Positions 55,211 through 64,000 of a stretch of 64,000 nt of DNA are shown here, piece by piece. Made by a program: the position numbers and the translations under genes. The notes beneath the pieces are model-generated. The model did no database searches, had not been told where the DNA came from, and was given only the letters and a program-made list of their open reading frames with translations. This DNA comes from the human T2T-CHM13v2.0 reference genome, Homo sapiens: assembly GCF_009914755.1 (NCBI RefSeq), contig NC_060928.1; one strand, 5' to 3'. Position 1 is the first letter of the stretch; every line of letters begins with the position of its first letter.

Positions 55211-58200
55211 TAAGTTCCAGAGTAAGAGACCTGAGATATGATTCAGAGCTTTTATACACTGTAACAATCACAAAGCAATATAATAATATATTGATGGTTA
55301 AGAGGGTGAACTCAGAAATGAAATTTTCCTTGATTTTTAAACTGGTATTCACCTCTTACCTGCTGGGTGATCTGAGCAAAGTCACGTAAGACCTAAAGTG
55401 CTGGCTTCCTCACTTGGGAACCAAGAGTAATATAAAAGTACTGTGAGGTTAAGTAAGATGGTCCACATTAAGCATTTAGCAAATCGCCTAGTGTGTGACA
55501 AGCAATTAGTAGAAATCACTATATTATTACTTATTAAGAATGTGATTTTGAGGAAATAATGCGACCTCTCTGAAATTAACTTTCCTCAATTTAATAGTAG
55601 AAAATTATCAATCGCCACCTCTAGGGGTTTCGTAGGAATTGAATGGACACAATTCATGGGATATAATAGGTGCTCAGTAAGTATAGGATAACTGCAATAT
55701 ATGCAAATGATACACTTACAGTTTCTATTTATCACATGACCTATACATGAAGCAACTCTAGTTGAGGATGAAATTCTAGATGAAGATGTGAGGAAATGAG
55801 AGAAGCTTAAATTTTAGTTTAAGAAAAGTAAATGTCATATGTCACTGGAGTATCAAGGACATAATCCAGCTTTCTTAACCAGTAACTTGCTTTTTTTTAA
55901 TCACTGCTTTTTTATATAATTATGAAATTCCAAGAAAAAATCTGTCATTCTAAAGGGATGCCTCTCCAACCTCAAGAAAATCAAAGGTCGATAATAAAAT
56001 TATGGACCACTGTCCAGAGTTTATTTTAATGAGAACCAATCTGCAGCAAACACTTGGTGACCTGAAAGCCCAAATCTTCTTTTGCAGGAGAAAGCCAGGG
56101 TGGCCCCTCTCCAGATAAACCTTGCAATGGCTCTGAGGTGCTGGGAGGTGGGATCAAGTTTGGCCCAACTACAAACGTCAGAAATGATCGTCTTAAAAAG
56201 AAAAGTGGCTTCATGGTTCCCATTAGTTTTGCTGACTGCGCTGTGAAAGCAAAATTTATAGACAGAAGTGGAACAGAAAGCATAAAATAACCCTTTTGAG
56301 CTATCAAGTCACACCAAATACTGTAAGTAAAAATAGTATAAATGAATTTGATGCATAGAAACCAATAAATTCAAAACAAATCAGATGCTGACTCAAAATG
56401 GTCAACTCTACTATTGCTGGAGGTGTCTCTGACACAAAGGTCAACAGAATGAGGTAGGGCTCTAAAATACAAAAGTAAAAATACAGGTTAAAGGCAACTC
56501 CCACATAGGAGGTGTCAAACAAAGAATTTTCTACAGGGGACAAAACACATCTTTAGGCACTGAAGTGTTTTCTATGGCATTTCTAAATTTCCAGAGGAGG
56601 TTTACTCTTAAAGATACTGAAGCCTGATTATTACCAATAGTGGAATTTTAGGGGTATGATGACATCTGCTAACACAGTCAGGAAAGCAAATCACTAAATA
56701 TTCTACAAATTTCAGAAAAAATGAGTGATTAAAATCTAGTAGGAAAGATTTTTTAATCTTTTGGAATGTAGTACTTCCTACTGTATTCTCCATCTCACAC
56801 TTTGTCTACATGAAATACAACCTTGCTATCACATTTTCTTCCAAATAAATCAGAGATGTACATGGCAATTCTGTAAATTATCTAGAAGTAATCTAATTCA
56901 TAAGGCATGTAAATAATTACTATTATTAACTAATGTTAAATGCAGTAGATTATTACTCAAGAAAGCCACCTTACCTCGGGACACTAATTTCCAAAGTTGT
57001 AAAATGGGTATAAAATAATTATCCTAAAAAGTTCCACTCTATGTATTTGTTATCTAACTGTAAACTCTCACATACTAGAGTTCATTTAACAACCAATACG
57101 CCTACAGCAGTGCATTATGCATAACAATTGTGCCAAAAAATAAACTTTATGATGAATACAAGCATATAGATGATGAATATGTAAACAATTAAAATATTAA
57201 CAGCTTCCATTAATAAATGCCTGCTATGTATCCAAAAACATATTCTTGCATGTGATTTCACTTTATCCTTTTATCATCACCATTAGGTCAGTGTTAATCT
57301 TGAGATACGAAAACAGAGACTAAGACTGAGAGAAGTCACCCACTAGAGATTACACAGTCAATAGTACGGCTGTCATTCAAACTGAAGTTAGATGGTTCCA
57401 AAGCCCTTGCCCTTTCTTCTCCCCTACGGTGTCCACTACTAAGTACTAAAGCAGAGTGATGGGGGCTGAGAGGCACTCGGAATCAAACGGACTAGCATTT
57501 GAATCATGCCTCTGCCACCTAATGGTCCTAGTGACTTAGGGAAGTTATTTCAGTTGTCTATGATTCAGTTTATATAGTTATAAAATACACAAAGAAAAAC
57601 TACCTCCTAGGGTTAATATGAAGGTTAAGACATAAAATATGCACAGTAGTTGACAAGTAGAATGGTCTTAATATTCACTGATCAGATTTTTCCAAATACA
57701 TCTCTTGTGCCATTGCAGCAATCCTCTAAATAACAGATCTCAAGGGCACCTAACAAGGGTGGGTGGCACTACATTTAATAAATTCAATCATGGATTGGTG
57801 GAGCAACAAGGTATCTTAGATAAGATCCAGCTGAATCCTTTTATGGCAGAGCTAAGAAAACCAAGGACCAAAAAATTAACAACCAATTATTTGGCAGTGT
57901 ATCATGAACCAGAACACAGATCCCTTCCAGACTTGAGTCAACGGCCCTTGCACTTCGTCACTCAACTTCTTAGTTCTCCTTCAGCACCTTTAGCAAAAGA
58001 GAGTTAAAGGCCGTAGAAAGCACCTAAGGTCCTACCTGAAATGAATTTAGAAACCAGAGTGAGAAGTACCTGGCTGGTAGCACCTTTAATAACTTCAAGC
58101 AATCACTGTGAGGGAAGAAACTACATTACAACCCATTTATACTGTTCATAAAATATGTAAGCTCGCAAAGGGAATAATAAAGACAAACTGCACATAAAAA

Positions 58201-58897
58201 CATGTACACATGAGGGCTCAGGTTGTCAGAGGGAAGAACCTTAACAATCATTTAACTTAACTAGCCTGACCCATTTTATAGAAGAAACGTTAAGCCCCTA
58301 CTAGGTTAAGGGACTATTCACATAAGCTGTTCTGGCAGGACACAAAATTAGAACCCAGCTACTAGGATCTGGAATCCTAGACTAGTCCTTTTTGCATTCT
58401 ACCACTCTGCTCTCGGCCGGTGATTACCTGAATTGAGTATTACAGTGACAAAGTGAAGCAAAGAATGTCTGAGTCAGAAATATAAGAATGATGCTATGTC
58501 TTTCATCAAAGGGAAACACATTATAAACATAGAAGAGAACGACAATGAAACGTCTAGACTTGCCTTTCCCTTTTCTTTTGTAAACCTTTAATGGCATTTG
58601 TTCTTGAAGCCCTAAAAACTCATTGCAATTCCTCTCTTTTTCCATTTAGAAATGGTAGAAAATTCCACTCAGGACAATGAAAGGCAGTCATCTTTACAAC
58701 AGCGTCTTTCCATTCATTTCCTTAGTGAAATAAATTTATGTGTCTGCTTCAAGAAATCAATGAATACTTTTAGACACAATGAAGACCTTTATTGCCACTG
58801 TGTGCTGAGTACTCTCCTAATAGAGTCAAAATGGCTCCAGGTTTGAATGCCTTCTAATGTGCAGACAGAGGCTTCTTTTTGTTCATTCACCCAGTAA

Positions 58898-59246
<349 letters not shown>

Positions 59247-59365
59247 TCAACTACTATAATTCTTATGCTTGTAGAGCTTGGAGTCCAGGGAGAGCTTAGA
59301 GTTCAGAGATAGTTAAACAGTAAATCATAAAGTTTCATAGGCAGTATGGAATTTTAGTAAGGACC

Positions 59366-59726
59366 TGATATGATTTAGTTGTGTCCCCACCCAAATCTTG
59401 AATTGTAGCTCCCATAATTCCTATCTGTCATGGGAGGGACCCAGTGGGAGGTAACTGAATCATGAGGGTGGGTCTTTCCTGAGCTGTTCTTGCGAAAGTG
59501 AATAACTTTCATGAGATCTGATGGTTTTATAAAGGGGATTTCCCCTGCACATGCGCTCTCTTGCCTGCTGCCACGAAAGACATGACTTTGCTCTTCCTTT
59601 GCCTTCCACCATGATTGTGAGGTCTCCCCAGCCATGTGGAACTGTGGGTCAATTAAACCTCTTTCCTTTATAAATTACCCAGTCTCGGGTATGTCTTTAT
59701 TAGCAGCATGAAAACAGAATAATACA
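59366..59726 (+). mobile_element. THE1B/C solo LTR
   Basis: TGATATGATTTAG...AATAATACA, 361 bp; TSD GGACC/GGTCC. Confidence 0.92.
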
Positions 59727-60279
59727 GGTCCACAGAATAACACTGGGGGATACAGGAACAGAATCTCCGAAACAGTAACAATAAAGTGAGACCTGCAAGG
59801 TAAGTGGGAGTCAGCGACATGAAGAAGAGGAGAAAGACTGAGAACACAGAGGAGCTATCTTCTACACATGGATGTAGTTGATCTGAGACCCATCATCTGA
59901 CTTCTTGTAGGCAGTTTGTTTACAGATGTGTAGTAACAGCCTAAAACAAAAATATATCACACAGATGAGAGGTAATTTCATCAATAATACTAATATAATA
60001 GTGGTAACAGGTAACATTTATTGAACAGTTAGTATATGCCTGGTACTCTTGAGATGCTTGAGTCATTTAATCCTCTCAACAATTGTTACACACACACATT
60101 TTAAATTGGATCTCAGGTATACAATATTGGATTAATCATAAGCCACAGTATCATCTCACAGTCTAATGAGTGGGCCCAGCACAACCTGCCTTTATTTAGT
60201 TACTGTTAATAGTATGATAAGTACATAAGAATCTACCAGCAAGACACAAGGTAGGACCTTGTCAATAATCTGTTATCTA

Positions 60280-61955
60280 ATCATATGACCCCCTCATCAC
60301 AGGTAACTATCACCCTATTATATCCTCTGTATCATCACCCTACAACCTCTGTTCATCACTCCCTTGCTTTCTCTTTTATAGTTTTATTGCACCTATTTTT
60401 TGTTAAAGTGGGCTGTTTATTTTAGTGATTTTTACCTTTATTAAAAAAAAACAAATGGTGAATGTTAATTTATCGGACTTACTTTTCAACTTTTCACTTA
60501 AAACTAATTTGTGCTTTTCTGCATTGCTATAATTCATTGGTTCTGACTCTTGTATAATACCACAGGGTTTGTTAGTTCACTCTCTCTGTGCTGGGCATTT
60601 GGGTTGCTTCCAGGTTTTTGATATTGTGCATAGTGCTGCAATGAATATTCATATCCATGCTCATATTCACGTGCACACAGGCAAGGTTACTCTGAGTACA
60701 GGAGTGGGGCTGCTGGGTTCCAGGGTACATGAACATGTAACTATAGAAGGCAATGCCTCCCAGGGGACGTCCGCTTACATTCCCACCAACTATGTAAAAG
60801 GATCCTGTGGGTCCACATGTTCATCAAGACTTGGCATTGTCAGGCTTAACTTCTGCTGATGGAAAAGGCATAAAATGGTAACTAATTGTCTTCATTGGCA
60901 TCTCCATGACCCCCATGCTGTTGAACATTTCTGCACACATGTGCTGAACCTGTGTGTTCGCTCTTCTACGACATGCTCATCCATTCTCCTGCTACTTTTT
61001 CTTCTGACTTGTTGTGATGTTCTCACTGATTATAGTTACTGATATATTTTTTACTCAAATGCTCTGTTAGTTGTGTGGATTGTAAACAGATTCCTCCAAT
61101 TTGTAACTTACCTTTTCAGCTTCTTTAAGGGCTCTTGATAAATACAAGTTCTTATTTTTAGTCAAAATTATTTTTTTTCTAGTGGATGCCTTTCACTGTC
61201 TTATTGGCCTTCCTTATCTTAAGGTCTCCAACTTTTTTTTAAAGGGTTTTAAGATTTTGGTTTGGATATGTAAGTCTTTAAACCACCTAGAGTTGACTTT
61301 TTTTTTTAATGTGGCATGAGGCATAGACCCAGTTTAATCTTTTTTCAAATGGATTTTCTCCAGCTCCATTTACTGAATGGTGGTCTCTCTTCCCCAGCTG
61401 ACAAGGCACATCATCCCCTCTGTTGTACGTCAAAGTTCCCATGGGTCTGCCTCTGGACTCTCCATTCTATCCCATTGGCCAATTTATCTCTGCCTACTGC
61501 TAATACCACACTGGTTTCATTTCCATAGCCTCATAAACCCTGATGACTAGAAGACAGTCTTCTGGCTCTGCTCCTCTTTTTTATTAGTGTCTTGTCTTTC
61601 TTTGGTCATTTATTTTCACATAAATTTAAAAATCATCTTATTGAGTTTCATAAAAAATTCTACAGATTAATCTTAAAAGGAATGGTCATCTGGCTAATAT
61701 TAAGTCTTCCTATCCTTTGACCTATTATATCTTTCCATTTATTTAGGTCTTCTTTAATACACATTTTAATTTTACCCATAAATCTTGAACATTTTTCATT
61801 ATTTCTAGATACTTGATAGTCTTTGACACCATGTAAATGCTACCTTCTCATTATGTTTTCTCATAGTTGTATTTCTGCACACTAGCAGTTCGTCTCTGCT
61901 AAACGTTCCTATTAATTCTAATAACTTGTGTACATAATCATATCATCCAACAACT
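60280..61955 (-). mobile_element. Old L1ME-like fragment
   Basis: T-rich antisense L1 (GGGCATTTGGGTTGCTTCCAGG, CAGCTCCATTTACTGAAT); approximate boundaries. Confidence 0.7.
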
Positions 61956-62011
61956 CGATTATCATTCCCAATTTATAGGTGAGAAAACTGAGACACAGAA
62001 GGGTTAGACAT

Positions 62012-62535
62012 TAAAATCAAAATCTCAAAGAGATACCTGCACTCTTGTGTTCCCTGAAGCATTACTCACAGTAGCCAAGAGATAGAAACAACTTGTATGT
62101 CCATCAACAACAAATAGATAAAGAAAATGTGGTCTCTACATACAATGGAATATTATTCAGCCATAAAAAAGAGGAAAATCATATTCACCAACATAGATGA
62201 ACGTTGAAACATTATGCTAAATGAAATAAGTAAGTCAATGAAGGACAAATACTGCATGATTCCACTTATATGAGGTATCTGAAGTAGTCACAACTCATAG
62301 AAGCCAAGAAGAAAATGGTGACTGCCATAAGATTGGGGGAGAAGAAAAAAGGGGTCGTTGTTCAATGCATACCGAGTTTCAATTATACAAGATGAAAAGT
62401 TCTAGGTATCTGCTGTACAATGTTGTGCTTACAGGTAACAATACTGTACTGTACAGTGAACAATTTGTTTACAGAGATCACATGTTATATATTTTTTTAA
62501 TTACAGTTTTAAAAGCAAACAAAAGAAAAAAAAAA
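62012..62535 (+). mobile_element. L1MA/MB 3' end inserted in a MIR
   Basis: ACAATGGAATATTATTCAGCCATAAAAAAG, 3'UTR and A tail; MIR core on both sides. Confidence 0.8.
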
Positions 62536-63229
62536 GGTTAAACAGATTGCCCATAGAAACACAGCCGATAAATGGTAAAGTGAAATCCAAATCCAGGCAG
62601 CCTGAACTTTCAATTACTACGTTATACTTCTTGCTATCATGCATGTGAAAAAAATATACAAACAAAGAAATAAAATGTTACGTATTTTCTATTCATAGAT
62701 TGAAGAATTTCCATTTTTATATTTATGCTGCAAGAAGACTATTCACTAAGCCTACATATGTAATAATTTATTGGAAACAAAGAGTAAGATATTTTTAAAT
62801 TCTTCATATTTATCTAACCTAGTGTCATTTTTATATCTTTATGATTAACTCTTTTTCTAATTTTTGTTTTCATCAACACATAAAATAATTTTTAAAATTC
62901 TACTATCAGAAAATGTCACTTCTCTTTCAGCCAAAGTCAGAATTTCATACATTTTAAAAATAAGTAACAGGCATTGTAATAATAGCCATAACGTGTAACA
63001 CTAAATTCCCAATGATAAAGGGATGAGCTGTTTAAGTTATATATTCAGTTGCAAAATGGTAATTTAAAACAGGAAGTAAACTGGCAGATTGTTTAAGTGA
63101 CAGACAATAAATTTAACTTTAATCAGTTAAAGAAAAGGTATTAAAGAATGATTTTTTCTTTTTATAGTTAATGAAATTATCTTCTAATACCAGTAATTTT
63201 TTCCATTTCGGTTTTTCACTCTGACTTAC

Positions 63230-63353
63230 TGCTTGGCAGATGCTGGCATTCCTAGTCTGGGTTATTCCTCCCACAAAGACCACACAGGTTAGGAAAATAT
63301 GAAAGCACAAGTTCACAAGCATGTGCCAGCTCTTGAGGCTGATTCTAATCAAA
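63230..63353 (-). CDS. ADGRA3: ADGRA3 exon (ICL1-TM2-ECL1): [41 protein letters not shown]
   Basis: 124 nt, TTTTTTAAACAG acceptor and GTAAGT donor, phase 0 join to VGIILHY; the gene continues beyond the right edge. Confidence 0.96.
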
Positions 63354-64000
63354 CTGTTTAAAAAAGAGAGAAAATATTAATATTCAGGCTAGTACATAAG
63401 GAGAAAACTATGATGTTCATCTTAATTCCAACTTCATCAAAGGTAAAAGTTAAATATTTGATATTTAAACATTTAACAAACATATACTACCAGACACACA
63501 CACACATACACACACGCACAGATCTGAGACATCATTTAACTCGATCTCGTTTCTTAACATTTAACTTTATGCACTTAAAAACAAAAAGCCATTTATAGAA
63601 CCACTGCACCCACTAAATGCTAAAGAAATTCTCCACAATAAGAAACGCATGGGCTTTTGTTACTACGATGTCTTAAGATGACTGGATTACCTGCTTGGCC
63701 ACCTAGAGATTTCTGCAAGATGCCAATGGGTCTTTTTTTGACCCACTGGCGCAGGTCTAAACACTCAATGCATTTCTTCCTGGACTTTCATAATAAAATG
63801 TTGAAGTCTTTCTTTTTAGTAATATATATCAAAATCTCCTTTTGTTTCTTAACTAAATGTCAAGAAATGCCATATATGTCTAGCTTAAACAGGAAGACAC
63901 ATTCTAGCAAAACGTTTTGTAAAGCGAATTTCTGCTTAGCGTATCCTTTTAGTTCATTATTTCCCACCACAAAATAAAAGTTTCTATAGCTTTGCCTCCG

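Overview
Primate (very probably human) genomic DNA, mostly transposable elements. The only host protein-coding gene is the 3' end of the adhesion GPCR ADGRA3/GPR125 on the minus strand: four terminal coding exons at 63230-63353, 54341-54486, 50930-51025 and 49547-50789 that splice in frame and end in the PDZ-binding motif ETTV, with AATAAA at 49238-49243. Downstream of it (1-49 kb) lies a stack of nested elements. These include the 5' LTR plus deleted internal part of a HERV-S/HERVL18 provirus with a perfect tRNA-Ser PBS, a HERV-L gag relic, a U13 snoRNA retrocopy and two internally deleted or chimeric L1s with intact TSDs. There is also an LTR1 solo LTR, and a two-LTR MER41A provirus that sits 3 bp inside a MER4 LTR and carries an Alu, a twin-primed L1 and a tRNA-Glu-like fragment. 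The most notable unexplained structure is a candidate three-exon minus-strand transcript built largely from antisense TE sequence (L1 5'UTR exon, MST LTR exon, terminal exon with AATAAA) that keeps a ~224-codon frame across the first junction. Repeat subfamily names come from my recollection of consensus sequences and need RepeatMasker/Dfam confirmation. Old-repeat boundaries are approximate.
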